Part shown: positions 1 through 9,448 of the stretch, piece after piece | Position numbering within the stretch: position 1 is the stretch's first letter | Layout: every line of letters begins with the position of its first letter | NCBI GenBank assembly: GCA_949292905.1 | Contig: CASFAV010000010.1 | Location: 5,074 to 69,073, forward strand | DNA from: an uncultured Eubacteriales bacterium | GTDB taxonomy: Bacteria; Bacillota; Clostridia; Christensenellales; DTU072 | Length of the DNA stretch: 64,000 nt | Reading direction: 5' to 3' | Notes under the pieces: generated by a model | The model's database searches: none | What the model saw: only the letters and a program-made list of their open reading frames with translations | What the model was told of the DNA's origin: nothing | Translations under genes and position numbers: made by a program

Positions 1-264
1 CGACGCGCCGTAGCTTCTTATATCGAATATCCTCTCCCCTTCGACAACGTATTCCGCACCGTCGGTGATATATTCGTCGCGCGGAATATCAGCAAGGAAA
101 AGCCCCTCCTCGTCCATATAATATTTACTCTCGAAAGGAGTGCCCTTCACGTCAAAGGTCGCCGCCTCTATGTACATCGCGGCGACGAAGGCGCCGAAAG
201 AGATACCCGCAAGCAATACCGTGCCGAGGACGACAGCCACCGTTATTTTCAGTTTCCTTTTCAT
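1..264 (-). CDS. hypothetical membrane-anchored protein (N-terminal part only; gene runs off the left edge)
   Basis: The ATG at 264..262 opens a frame that stays open to position 1 (MKRKLKITVAVVLGTVLLAGISFGAFVAAMYIEAATFDVKG...). It has a basic N-terminus plus one hydrophobic helix. It is absent from the ORF track because there is no in-window stop. Confidence 0.45.
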   Translation of the reverse strand, partial: MKRKLKITVAVVLGTVLLAGISFGAFVAAMYIEAATFDVKGTPFESKYYMDEEGLFLADIPRDEYITDGAEYVVEGERIFDIRSYGAS

Positions 265-370
265 CGCGAAGCGCCCCTTTCCGAAATATTTACGCCCGCA
301 CGATGCGCGGGCGTATGCGTTCGGCATATTCAGTTTAACCTTTATGCGTAGCCGATGTCAACGGCGTAGC

Positions 371-1669
371 CTAAATCGTTCTGACCGTTCCCGCAAAAAG
401 CGTCGTGCCGTAAGGATCGAGTATCACGAAGCCGAAGGCGCGATCGACGACGAAATCCTCGTACACGTTCCTGTACTCGCCGGGGTCCGACGACGTATTG
501 CCGGGCACCACGGTGACAGCCGCGCCCTCTATGCCCTTCCTGTCCACTTTAAGCTCCGTTACGTGTCTTAACTCGGAGCAGTACAGACCTCCGCCGGGCA
601 CAAGCGTGCCGAGATCGCAGGCACGCGCGTCGAAAAGGTCGGAGATACCGAATCCGCTACCGAGTACGCCCGCCACGTCCGCGTCGTAGCTACCGTTGAA
701 TTCGGGGAATACACAGCGCGTGAAATAACGTATCTTGTTGACGTCGTCGACGGCGTTATAGTCTTTATTCGAACCCGCTTCCGCAATGTTTTCTGCGGTG
801 AACGCTTCCGCGAGAGAATGTCCGTCTTTCGGCACTATGAATTTTAATTTGTAACCGTTTGCGGTAGCGGAGTAAAAACTTCTGTAAACTTCGCTCTCGT
901 ACGCCCTGCCGCCGGAATAGTATCCGCGCAAGAAATTCTTGTTTACGGTTCCCGAACCCGTGTCGAAAGAATACTTTTCGCCCGTTACTTCGAGATCTTT
1001 ACCGAGAGTATTCCAAACGTCTTTAAGGTAAAGCGTATTGAGCAGTACGAACGCCGTGCTCGTATCGAAGTTGAAATCTATGTCGATAAGTTTCCTCGTG
1101 CGTTCTTTGACGAAATTCTTTATCGCGATATTGGCTTTTTCGTTATCTCCCCTGAAGTCGGCGGAATAGGAATAACAATAATACTTATTAGCAAGAACGT
1201 CGAGGGTGTTTCGGTCGAAATTCACCGCGGAATCGAGCCATACCGAATTGGTGACCTCGCTCAAGCCGCCCGTATATTCTCGCATAACGGAGGAATATAA
1301 TTTGCCGAAATCGTTTAAGAGATTTTCTCTCGTAACGCCGAGGACGGTAAGCAGTTCCTCGCGCGTATTCCCCGCCGCGCTTTCCGCAGCGAGCGCGAGC
1401 GCCATATACACCGATATCGGCGACACCGTGAAATTCCCCTCTCCTTTATACGCGGAATAGGCTTCGGCGGCGAATTTCGCGCCGAAAGCTTCCGCCGAGG
1501 CATTCATCGCGATAAAGCCTTCGTCTTTTGCGTCGGCGTAACCGAACGCCGAGCTTTCGGCGGGCGAAGCAAGCAAATTACCTTTTATATTGTTCTTGCA
1601 TCCCGTAAGCGAAAAAACGAATATCGCCGTCAGTAAGACCGCGACCGACAAAAAAACGCCTTTTTTCAT
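371..1669 (-). CDS. serpin-family serine protease inhibitor, lipoprotein
   Basis: 432-aa ORF. The lipobox is LTGC after a hydrophobic signal. Serpin hallmarks are NFTVSPISVYMALALAAESAAGNTREEL, a hinge/RCL-like KGIEGAAVTVV...FVVDRAFGFVI, and an overall length of about 400 aa. Confidence 0.85.
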   Translation of the reverse strand: MKKGVFLSVAVLLTAIFVFSLTGCKNNIKGNLLASPAESSAFGYADAKDEGFIAMNASAEAFGAKFAAEAYSAYKGEGNFTVSPISVYMALALAAESAAGNTREELLTVLGVTRENLLNDFGKLYSSVMREYTGGLSEVTNSVWLDSAVNFDRNTLDVLANKYYCYSYSADFRGDNEKANIAIKNFVKERTRKLIDIDFNFDTSTAFVLLNTLYLKDVWNTLGKDLEVTGEKYSFDTGSGTVNKNFLRGYYSGGRAYESEVYRSFYSATANGYKLKFIVPKDGHSLAEAFTAENIAEAGSNKDYNAVDDVNKIRYFTRCVFPEFNGSYDADVAGVLGSGFGISDLFDARACDLGTLVPGGGLYCSELRHVTELKVDRKGIEGAAVTVVPGNTSSDPGEYRNVYEDFVVDRAFGFVILDPYGTTLFAGTVRTI

Positions 1670-1931
1670 ATAATTCCTCCTTATTTATCGGCTTTTACCG
1701 GTAAATATATTGATTTGATTGCCTTTACATAAACAACAACGGTAATTCCGATATGTTCGGCTCCATGTAAAACTTGATTTTCCGTAAATATTGTATATTA
1801 CCGCGGAATACCATGTCAATGCGCAACCGCACGCTATTTCAACCGAATTCCGATTACCGCTTGAATTTTATTTCGGCTGAGAGTATAATTATTTAACAAA
1901 TACAAATTTCATTTATGGATGGAGGTATTAT

Positions 1932-2456
1932 ATGGCAAAAAAAGCTACTACTGTCAATACTCATAACGATACCGTTATGGCGGCTCTCGCGTTCATCATT
2001 CTCGGCACGATACTCGTGTGCGAGCAATCCCTGAACATTGTCAAGCTTGCGGTAATAGTTTTCGGCGTCGCTCTGCTCACGCTCGGCGTGCTCGAACTCA
2101 TCAATAAAAATCTCATCGTCGCCATCTGCGAAATAGTGGTTGGCGTGGCGCTCATACTGCTCTCCGTTCTCGCGCCCGACATAGCCACTCTGGTGCTCGG
2201 CATCGCGCTGTGCCTGTACGCTATCTATTTCCTCGTCGTCAACTGGGGCTCCCTCACGGGCGGCAAACTCACTCTGCGTAAAGTCATCATTATTCTGATG
2301 ATACTTTTCGCTCTCGTGGCGGGCATCCTTCTCATCGTAGCCTATGCGGCAAGCGTAAGCAGCGACGTATATATCGCGGCGGGCGCGTTCGCTCTCGGCG
2401 CCGGCGCTATGATTATAGCTAAAAAAGCCGTTAACGAGATTAACCGCAATAAATAA
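1932..2456 (+). CDS. small multi-pass membrane protein (HdeD/DUF308-like, tentative)
   Basis: 174 aa, almost entirely hydrophobic helices. A GGAGG RBS lies 6 nt upstream, and a strong terminator follows directly. Confidence 0.7.
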   Translation: MAKKATTVNTHNDTVMAALAFIILGTILVCEQSLNIVKLAVIVFGVALLTLGVLELINKNLIVAICEIVVGVALILLSVLAPDIATLVLGIALCLYAIYFLVVNWGSLTGGKLTLRKVIIILMILFALVAGILLIVAYAASVSSDVYIAAGAFALGAGAMIIAKKAVNEINRNK

Positions 2457-2475
2457 TCGAAAATTCATCTTAAAA

Positions 2476-2505
2476 AGGACCCCGACGACGTCGGGGTCCT
2501 TTTTT
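2476..2505. terminator. rho-independent terminator, usable on both strands (between convergent genes)
   Basis: aggaccccgacg-acg-tcggggtcct followed by ttttt on the + strand and preceded by aaaaa. It sits between the + gene ending at 2456 and the - gene ending at 2572. Confidence 0.75.
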
Positions 2506-2571
2506 GCGTTATGTGGGGCTCGCGCTCATGCGCCGCGCTTTGCGCGCGTGAGAGCGCGGCTACATATCCTA

Positions 2572-3846
2572 TTATTTCGGCGCGTCGATATTTATCGTCG
2601 GATCGTCCTGTTTTTTACGGAAATATCTTCTGATTATCAGCAATACCGCCACCCCTATCAACGGGAATACCGCCGCCGACAATATGCCCGCTTTGATGCC
2701 TATCTGTTCGGCGGTGAGAGAAAGAGATGCGGAAAGCTCCCGTGCCACGGCGCTTACGGACACCGCGTCCACTATCACGCCGACCAACTGCGGCGCCACG
2801 GCGGCGCCGAAGTCGCCGCCCGCCGCGAGCAGAGCGTAAGCGCCCACTCCGGAGCGCGGAAGATTCTCTTCCATAAGTATGAGGGTGCCCGGCCACAGCA
2901 TAGAGGTGCATAAACCTACGAGCACGCAGGCTATCATCGCCACCGTACTGTTCAACGAAAGCCCCGCTACAACGTAAAATAACGCCGCCCCTACCATTCC
3001 GCACAGCAGAACGACGGATATGTTTTTACCGAACCTCGCATAAAGCGATCTTCCCGTGCCGAGAAGTATCGCGAACAGCGCCATTCCGAAAATATCTCCC
3101 CACAGCTTCGGGATACCGAGGGCGCTTTCGGCGTAGACTGATATCCAGTTGGTCATCGAGTTTTCCGCGGCGCTTCCCATGAAAATACATATCACGCAGA
3201 GCATGAGACCTACATTTCTTTTTTTGACGGCTTCGCCCGAAGCAGGTTCGACCATTTTTATTTCGGGCATCGGCGAAATGGCGAAAAGTACGAAAGAAAC
3301 TATCGGCAATGCCGCCCAGAACAGCGTAAGATACATCCAGTTCTCCGTACCGAAAAGCCAAAGGAAAAGGGAGCTCAACAGTATCACGCCGACGAGCCCG
3401 TATGCGTAGAGCGAATGGAGCGCGCTCATGTCGCGTTCGGGGTTATCGGAAGGAAGCGCGGCTACCGTGGGGCTCAGGAGCACTTCGCTGAGTCCCGCCG
3501 ACACCGAGAAGAGCACCGTCCCTGTCAGGAGCCCCACGTAAGCGTGTTCGGGGAAAAGCGCGGGCGCGAGCGCGTACACGCATAATCCCGCCGCCGTAAG
3601 CAAAGGCATGACGCGCACGGTGATTTTCAGATTGAATTTTTTATGGAAAAAAGTGAATATCAGATCGATCGAAAGCTGCGTCAGGAAATTGACGAGCACA
3701 AGCGTCCCGAGAAGGGTGTACGAAATACCGTACATATCGCGGAAAGCGGCGAAAAGAAGGGGCGGCAAGCCGAACGCCGACGACATGGCGACGTAAGTAT
3801 AGAAGCAAGCCCGTTTGGTACGTTTGTAATTGGGAGTATCCTTCAT
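2572..3846 (-). CDS. MFS-type transporter
   Basis: 424 aa, with about 12 hydrophobic segments in a 6+6 layout separated by a central charged loop (EIKMVEPASGEAVKKRN). Confidence 0.75.
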   Translation of the reverse strand: MKDTPNYKRTKRACFYTYVAMSSAFGLPPLLFAAFRDMYGISYTLLGTLVLVNFLTQLSIDLIFTFFHKKFNLKITVRVMPLLTAAGLCVYALAPALFPEHAYVGLLTGTVLFSVSAGLSEVLLSPTVAALPSDNPERDMSALHSLYAYGLVGVILLSSLFLWLFGTENWMYLTLFWAALPIVSFVLFAISPMPEIKMVEPASGEAVKKRNVGLMLCVICIFMGSAAENSMTNWISVYAESALGIPKLWGDIFGMALFAILLGTGRSLYARFGKNISVVLLCGMVGAALFYVVAGLSLNSTVAMIACVLVGLCTSMLWPGTLILMEENLPRSGVGAYALLAAGGDFGAAVAPQLVGVIVDAVSVSAVARELSASLSLTAEQIGIKAGILSAAVFPLIGVAVLLIIRRYFRKKQDDPTINIDAPK

Positions 3847-3860
3847 ATCGGCACGTTATC

Positions 3861-4988
3861 CTATATTTCCAAAGTTTCGCCGTAAGCGCTCAAGCCATTC
3901 AGCCCGGCTACGAGAGTTTTTTTGTTGCAAGCGTAGCCTATGCGGAAGCATTGAGGCTCGCCGAAGCAGTCTCCCGGCGTAACGAACACGCCTTGCGTTT
4001 CATACAGCCCGCGCGCGAAACGGTACGAAGGAATATCGTAATTATAATAGACGAGCGCTGTAGTTCCCGCAGAAGGCTTTATGTAATAGAAATTCTTTTC
4101 CCCTTTTATCCAGTCGTCGAGGATAGCAAGGTTTTCGCGCACTATGTTGCGGTTACGCGCGAATATCGCCTCTTGGTTTTTGAGCGCGAGCGCGGCGACG
4201 CGCTCGTCGAGCATACCGGAGCTAATGTGATCGTAGTCTCGGTGAGTAAGAAATCCGCGCATGGCTTTTTCGTCGCGCGTTGCGAGCCAGCCGAGCCTTA
4301 ATCCCGCCATCGAGAAGGTTTTCGACATGCTCCCTACCGAAATACCCTTCTCGTACATATCCGCTACGGACTCGGAGTAAGTATCGTCCTGCGTGAGATG
4401 ACGGTAAACTTCGTCCGCCATAAGGTACGCGCCTGCGCGGCGGGCGATCTCAACGATGTTTTCAAGCGTTTCCTCGTCTATCAACGCGCCCGAAGGATTG
4501 TTGGGATTGTTTATGCAGATAAGTGCGGTATCGTTGCCGACAAGCCTTCCGAGCTCTTCAAGATCGGGGAGAAAGGCGTTTTCTTTACGGAGTTTGAGTA
4601 TTTCCACGCGTGCGCCCAGCGAGCGCGGTATCGAATAAAGCTGTTGATAAGTGGGCATAACGCTCACGACCTTGTCGCCGGGCGAAAGAAGCGAAAGAAA
4701 GAGATGATGATTCGCTCCCGCCGCGCCGTGCGTAGTGATGACGTTTTCCCCTTTTAATCCGCGGTACAACGAAGCGATCCCCTCTTTGAGCGGCGGATAG
4801 CCGGTTATGTCGCCGTAAGTGAGTTTGAGCCCCGCAAGTTCGCTCATAAAAGCGGCTTCGTTCTCCCCCGAAAGCGCGCAAAGCTCCCTCAACGACATCG
4901 ACTCGACGCAGGTTTCGGCGATATTGTACTTCGCGCCGCCCTCGTATGCGTTCATCCACTCTTCCACTAAAAAAGGCTCGATATACAT
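3861..4988 (-). CDS. PLP-dependent aminotransferase, class I/II
   Basis: 375 aa. It carries the PLP-lysine motif SMSKTFSMAGLRLGW plus NNPNNPSG, both typical of fold-type I aminotransferases. Confidence 0.85.
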   Translation of the reverse strand: MYIEPFLVEEWMNAYEGGAKYNIAETCVESMSLRELCALSGENEAAFMSELAGLKLTYGDITGYPPLKEGIASLYRGLKGENVITTHGAAGANHHLFLSLLSPGDKVVSVMPTYQQLYSIPRSLGARVEILKLRKENAFLPDLEELGRLVGNDTALICINNPNNPSGALIDEETLENIVEIARRAGAYLMADEVYRHLTQDDTYSESVADMYEKGISVGSMSKTFSMAGLRLGWLATRDEKAMRGFLTHRDYDHISSGMLDERVAALALKNQEAIFARNRNIVRENLAILDDWIKGEKNFYYIKPSAGTTALVYYNYDIPSYRFARGLYETQGVFVTPGDCFGEPQCFRIGYACNKKTLVAGLNGLSAYGETLEI

Positions 4989-5120
4989 AGATCCCTCGTT
5001 CGCTTTATCGCCGCCGAAGCGACTTCCGTTTTATTCTAACACCGAATCCGCCTTATGTACAAACGTAATGAGCGTATTGCCCTTTTTGCCGAAGTTTGTT
5101 TTTTGCGTTTTGCATTAAAA

Positions 5121-5149
5121 TACGGGCTTGCGCGTTGCGTAAGCCCGTA
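5121..5149 (-). terminator. probable rho-independent terminator of the 5187..6704 gene
   Basis: On the minus strand this reads acgggcttacgc-aacgcgcaagcccgt followed by atttt, about 40 nt after the stop codon. Confidence 0.5.
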
Positions 5150-5186
5150 CCGATCGTTCGTCATCTATGCCTTCCGTTTTGACCGT

Positions 5187-6704
5187 TTAAGCCTCGGCAC
5201 CCTTTTTACGCGCTTCTTTCAGCGCCGCGAGATGAGCCCTCGCGGTATCCTCCGCTTCGGCTATCGCCGCTTCCATCTTTTCTTTTTCCGCGGTAAGTTT
5301 TTCGCTTACCTTCGCTTTTTTCTCGTTGAGCTCCGCAACTTCCTCCGCACTCAGCTCGTTTTCGAGTTTCACGCGGTATTCTTCGGATTTGGTCTCCAGC
5401 CTCTCCACATAATTTTTAAGTCCTTCCACGCTGAGTTCGCCGTTGGCGACGACCTCGTTGAGCTCCGCAAGTATGGCGCGCATATCGGCTACGCAACTCC
5501 TCAACTGCTCCTCTATATCGTCGTCGAGAAGCGCGGAGATCATGCCTTCCACTCCGTCCGCAACGAGCTTCGCGCTTGCACAGGCTTGCTCCAAAAGTTC
5601 GCGGTGTTCGTCGGTAAGCTTATATATTTCCGCTTTGACTTCCGCTTCGGCTTCGCCCAAAGCCGAAGCGAGTTCGCTTTTCATTCTTTCGAGCTCCTGC
5701 CCCGCTTCGGAATTCTTGAAGCGGATATCCGCGTAATTTTCTATACTTGCAAGAGTGACCTCGCCGTCGGCGTTCTTCAGAGGCTCGTAAGAGTCCAGAC
5801 CGAGTATCGCCGCAGCGTGCGCCGCCGTGGCTTCGTCGAGCGGATATTCGAAGGTGTCCGCCGCGTAATCGGCTATGTTCGCTATATAACCTAATCCCGT
5901 CGCTCCCGCGGAATACATCTGATACACGAGTCCGTAGTAAGCGGTCAAAGGTTCCGTGATAAGCCTGTCGTAGCAGTATTCCGAGTACACTCCGCATACC
6001 GCAAGCTCCACCGCTTTATCGTAGGCGGCGGACGCGGAAGCCTTGGCTCTCACATAAGCGTCGGTAGCGAATTCCTCGATGTTGTCGCTTGCGTTTTTAA
6101 GCATTTCGATAAGATCCTTATCGTTGAGCTCCGCCGCGGCGTCGATCGATATTCCGCAAGTTTCGGATACCGAAAGTACGAGTTTGAACTTCTGAGTACT
6201 CATATTTTGTACCGCGGCGCTGTCGGGATATTCAGCTTTGGCTTCCTCGAGACGCCTCAGGAGAGAGAATGCGCCCTCGTGGTCTATCGTAACCGTAATG
6301 CCCTTCGCGGAAGCCGTCGCCGTGACGCTCGCGTCTACGGTACTCTGTATCGACGCAATATTCGCGGAGTCCTGAGCCGCCACGAGCACGCTGACCGCTT
6401 TGTTGTCCTCGTTGAGATAGCCGTAATCCACGCTCAGTTCGATTATTCTCTTGACGGCTATATCGAGTTTCTCGCCGACTATACCTGTTTCGTTATACAG
6501 AAGTACATGTCCGTCCTCGTTCTCGCCGCGCACGTTTGTCACGACGTTTTCTCCGTCCGCTATCAATTCCACGGCGGGGTTTATATCGAGACTCACATAG
6601 GCGCGATCGGCTTCGTTGTTCTCTCCGTCATCCTTCGTGCAGGCGATCAGACAGGTCGAAACCACCGCAAGCAGTAATATCGCAATAAGTATTTTCTTTT
6701 TCAT
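5187..6704 (-). CDS. secreted lipoprotein with an RsgI/anti-sigma-like extracytoplasmic module and a coiled-coil C-terminus
   Basis: 505 aa with lipobox LIAC. The N-terminal module YVSLDINPAVELIADGENVV...EDGHVLL is paralogous to the one after the TM helix of the neighbouring anti-sigma factor. The C-terminal third is E/K/A-rich and heptad-like. Confidence 0.7.
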   Translation of the reverse strand: MKKKILIAILLLAVVSTCLIACTKDDGENNEADRAYVSLDINPAVELIADGENVVTNVRGENEDGHVLLYNETGIVGEKLDIAVKRIIELSVDYGYLNEDNKAVSVLVAAQDSANIASIQSTVDASVTATASAKGITVTIDHEGAFSLLRRLEEAKAEYPDSAAVQNMSTQKFKLVLSVSETCGISIDAAAELNDKDLIEMLKNASDNIEEFATDAYVRAKASASAAYDKAVELAVCGVYSEYCYDRLITEPLTAYYGLVYQMYSAGATGLGYIANIADYAADTFEYPLDEATAAHAAAILGLDSYEPLKNADGEVTLASIENYADIRFKNSEAGQELERMKSELASALGEAEAEVKAEIYKLTDEHRELLEQACASAKLVADGVEGMISALLDDDIEEQLRSCVADMRAILAELNEVVANGELSVEGLKNYVERLETKSEEYRVKLENELSAEEVAELNEKKAKVSEKLTAEKEKMEAAIAEAEDTARAHLAALKEARKKGAEA

Positions 6705-6762
6705 GACACGTCTCCTTTGCGTTTTTCGTGATGTACCCGTTAAACACCGCAGGATATGCGTT

Positions 6763-8250
6763 TTATTGCACGCCGACGTAATTTTTCCAAAAATTTTCCG
6801 TTGAGCCGTATTCGCGGGCTATCCTGTCTAAAAATGCCGAGTATTCCGCGTCGGTAAGCGCTTCGCGCGCCGTAGCGTAGCCTTCCGAGAATACCTTCGT
6901 CCTCGTCTCGTATATCGCGGTCACGACAGAGCGCATCTCGCTTATATATTCCGCTACCGTAGTCGGCGCCTGCGACAATGCTTCGGTAAGGTTCGGATCT
7001 ATTCCCGACTTTGCGAGTATCCCGCGGTATTCGGATAACGACGATAAGATCGTCTGCGGCGTTAAATCTTCCAGTATCTTACCGAAATCTATCGCGGCAA
7101 ATTCCTCGAAGGCTTCGAATATCGCCTGTGGATCGGTGATGCTCTCTATCGCGGACGAAGCGAGCGAGAAAACGAGATCCTCGAATTCTTTGCCCGCCAA
7201 AACGGCAAAATCGTATAATTCGTCGTAAAATTCGTCTTTGGAAGTAATATCGGCGCCGAAGTTCGCGGAATAATCCGTAAGAAGCGCCTTCATTCCGTCG
7301 GTAAGCGCTCTGAACTCGTCGCTGAAATAAGCTTCGTCGAATCTCTCCGTCACGCTCCAGTAATCGGTAAGCACGGCGCTCGGATTGTCCCTCGAAAAGG
7401 TTATTTTGAGATTGAGAATGCCTATTTCCGCTAAAGCTCGCGCATTGGAAACGAAATCGTCGGTCCCGGCGAGAAGCGCGGTACGAATGTAACCGTATAA
7501 TTGCGAATTTACGATATAACTTTCGTGTAAACTCTTAAGTCCTTCGGCATTTACGCCTGCGGCGAGCCTCTCGCCGTATGCTACGGCGGCGTCTTGCATG
7601 GCGCCGACAAGATCGCTCGTCTGCTTAGCGCCCGCGACTCCGAGAATTTCGCCCATCTCGCTTACTCCGACGACATCCTCCGCCACCGCGACGTACGCTC
7701 CCTTATCCTTGAAGTAACCGCACAGATTTTCCGCCGCGTCGGATAACAATTTTTGACATTTCCCCTCGCTTCCGCTCAGGCGCACCGCGCCCGCTGCGGT
7801 ATTGAGATCGAGATATCCGAGTCTTGCGGCGGTATCCGTATATGCGACTACGGCTTCGTCGAGAGATTTACCCTTTATCGCGTTCAACGTGCTTTCGTCC
7901 GATAATACGACGTCCGCGTCCGCGTTAAGGGAATTCACGCTCAATACCTTTCCTTCCGAATCGGTCACGAAGGAAACGGCGGGATTTATCTCGAAAGCGA
8001 AAACGTAAGTTTCTTTGCTATCCGCACCGCCGAAAACGCCCGCCAGAGCAAGCGTAACAAAGACTACGACGAGCACCGCCGCTACTCCCGCAAGCCCCCA
8101 GAAACCCGCTTTCCTTCCCGAATATGCGGACTTTTCCTCACGCTTGTATTCTTTGCGCTCAGTCAAAATGGGAGCGGTGCGGACTTCGTCCGACATTTCG
8201 GGCGCCAAGGCGTCGAATTCCTTATTCAACCGCTTTTTCCAGGATGTCAT
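6763..8250 (-). CDS. membrane-spanning anti-sigma factor (RsgI-like extracytoplasmic domain)
   Basis: 495 aa. Its start overlaps the stop of the sigma gene by 4 nt (ATGA coupling). It has a short cytoplasmic N-terminus, one TM helix (FWGLAGVAAVLVVVFVTLALAGVF), and then FEINPAVSFVTDSEGKVLSVNSLNADADVVL. Confidence 0.7.
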   Translation of the reverse strand: MTSWKKRLNKEFDALAPEMSDEVRTAPILTERKEYKREEKSAYSGRKAGFWGLAGVAAVLVVVFVTLALAGVFGGADSKETYVFAFEINPAVSFVTDSEGKVLSVNSLNADADVVLSDESTLNAIKGKSLDEAVVAYTDTAARLGYLDLNTAAGAVRLSGSEGKCQKLLSDAAENLCGYFKDKGAYVAVAEDVVGVSEMGEILGVAGAKQTSDLVGAMQDAAVAYGERLAAGVNAEGLKSLHESYIVNSQLYGYIRTALLAGTDDFVSNARALAEIGILNLKITFSRDNPSAVLTDYWSVTERFDEAYFSDEFRALTDGMKALLTDYSANFGADITSKDEFYDELYDFAVLAGKEFEDLVFSLASSAIESITDPQAIFEAFEEFAAIDFGKILEDLTPQTILSSLSEYRGILAKSGIDPNLTEALSQAPTTVAEYISEMRSVVTAIYETRTKVFSEGYATAREALTDAEYSAFLDRIAREYGSTENFWKNYVGVQ

Positions 8251-8777
8251 TTCGCTTCCTCCTTTAACGCCTCTTTCAGTTTATCCACGGCGCGCTTATA
8301 TTTCGAAGTCACCGTTCCTGTGGGACAGCCGATCATCGCGGCTATCTCTCTGTGCCTGTATCCCCACACGACGTGCAGTACAACGATGCGCTGTTCCTCT
8401 TCGTCGAGCGTCTCCCTCATCGTCGTGACGAGAAGATCTTTTAGCGCCGCCCTGTCCGCAACCTCGTCGGCAACGGTTCTGCCCTCGTAAAGCTGTTTTC
8501 GCCTGCTCGCCTCCGCGCGAAGTTCGTTCAGAGCCGTATTCTTCGCTATCTCCAGTATCCACGCGAGCCCGTTCGTCCCCGGTCGGTAACTCCGGATATT
8601 GCTTTTTATCTTGAGATAAACGTTCTGCACGGCGTCCTCCGTATCGAAGCGGTTGCCGAGGTAGGTGTACACAAAAGCGTATACCCCGCGCTTCGTCTCT
8701 ATGTACAGCCTCTCGAAGGCTTCGTTGTCGCCTGCGGCTATGCGCGTAAGCATAGCGTCTATCGTATGTTTTCTCAA
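8247..8777 (-). CDS. RNA polymerase sigma factor, sigma-70/ECF family
   Basis: 176 aa. Region 2 reads AFERLYIETKRGVYAFVYTYLGNRFDTEDAVQNVYLK. The region 4 HTH reads GYRHREIAAMIGCPTGTVTSKYKRAVDKLK. Confidence 0.9.
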   Translation of the reverse strand: MRKHTIDAMLTRIAAGDNEAFERLYIETKRGVYAFVYTYLGNRFDTEDAVQNVYLKIKSNIRSYRPGTNGLAWILEIAKNTALNELRAEASRRKQLYEGRTVADEVADRAALKDLLVTTMRETLDEEEQRIVVLHVVWGYRHREIAAMIGCPTGTVTSKYKRAVDKLKEALKEEAK

Positions 8778-8940
8778 TCTGTCACCTGTACGTTAAACAC
8801 GCCCCGAACTCGAATTGTTGCATAAGCGTGTGAAAATATTATATCACAAAAAGATCGAATACCCCGTTCGCCGCTTTTAAGCCGAATACTCCGAACTCAA
8901 TTTTTTTCTTTGATATAATCGACGAGCGTTACGCCGTCTT

Positions 8941-9375
8941 TTAACGTTCTCTCCGCGCCCGTCTTTTTGTAGCCGAGTTCTCGTACAAACGGCAATTACC
9001 TTTTTCCTGCCCGATCGTATCCAACCGCCAAACCTTAATTTCGGGATAATAGCTTTCTATCTGCCGAAGCGCGCTCTGCGCGATCCCCCTGTTTCGGAAT
9101 TCCGGAAGTACCGCAAGCGCCGAAACTCTGCAAATCGCGCCTTCTTTAACTATTCTTACGCACCCGACAAAGGCATTCTCCGACATGAACAGATACCCGT
9201 CGGTATCGTGTCGGGTATACTTCGCGAGTACGACTTCTTTGCTTTCGCAATAAGGATTGGTATCGAAATCGTTATACTTTATAAACAAAGGAAAATACGC
9301 TTCCCTTTGAATATCGTAGACGGTATCGAGGTATTTATCTGTAAATGGTATTACTTTTAATTCAGTATCGTGCAT
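8941..9375 (-). CDS. GNAT-family N-acetyltransferase, 3' end apparently frameshifted
   Basis: 144 aa. The acetyl-CoA motif is LAVLPEFRNRGIAQSAL. The tail ...LYENSATKRRARRER is unlike a GNAT, whereas a 1-nt frame change at about 8978 yields a canonical LGYKKTGAERTLKDGVTLVDYIKEKN ending at 8897. Confidence 0.8.
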   Translation of the reverse strand: MHDTELKVIPFTDKYLDTVYDIQREAYFPLFIKYNDFDTNPYCESKEVVLAKYTRHDTDGYLFMSENAFVGCVRIVKEGAICRVSALAVLPEFRNRGIAQSALRQIESYYPEIKVWRLDTIGQEKGNCRLYENSATKRRARRER

Positions 9376-9448
9376 GCAATTTATATGATTCAGCTTTTAG
9401 GTCGGGTGAATTTTAATAATTGTAATGGTAAAATACCACTTTGTCAAT

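Noticed and set aside
140-571. A 143-aa plus-strand ORF spanning the left intergenic region and the serpin 3' end.
   Set aside because: It overlaps two better-supported minus-strand genes, is R/A-rich and has no RBS.
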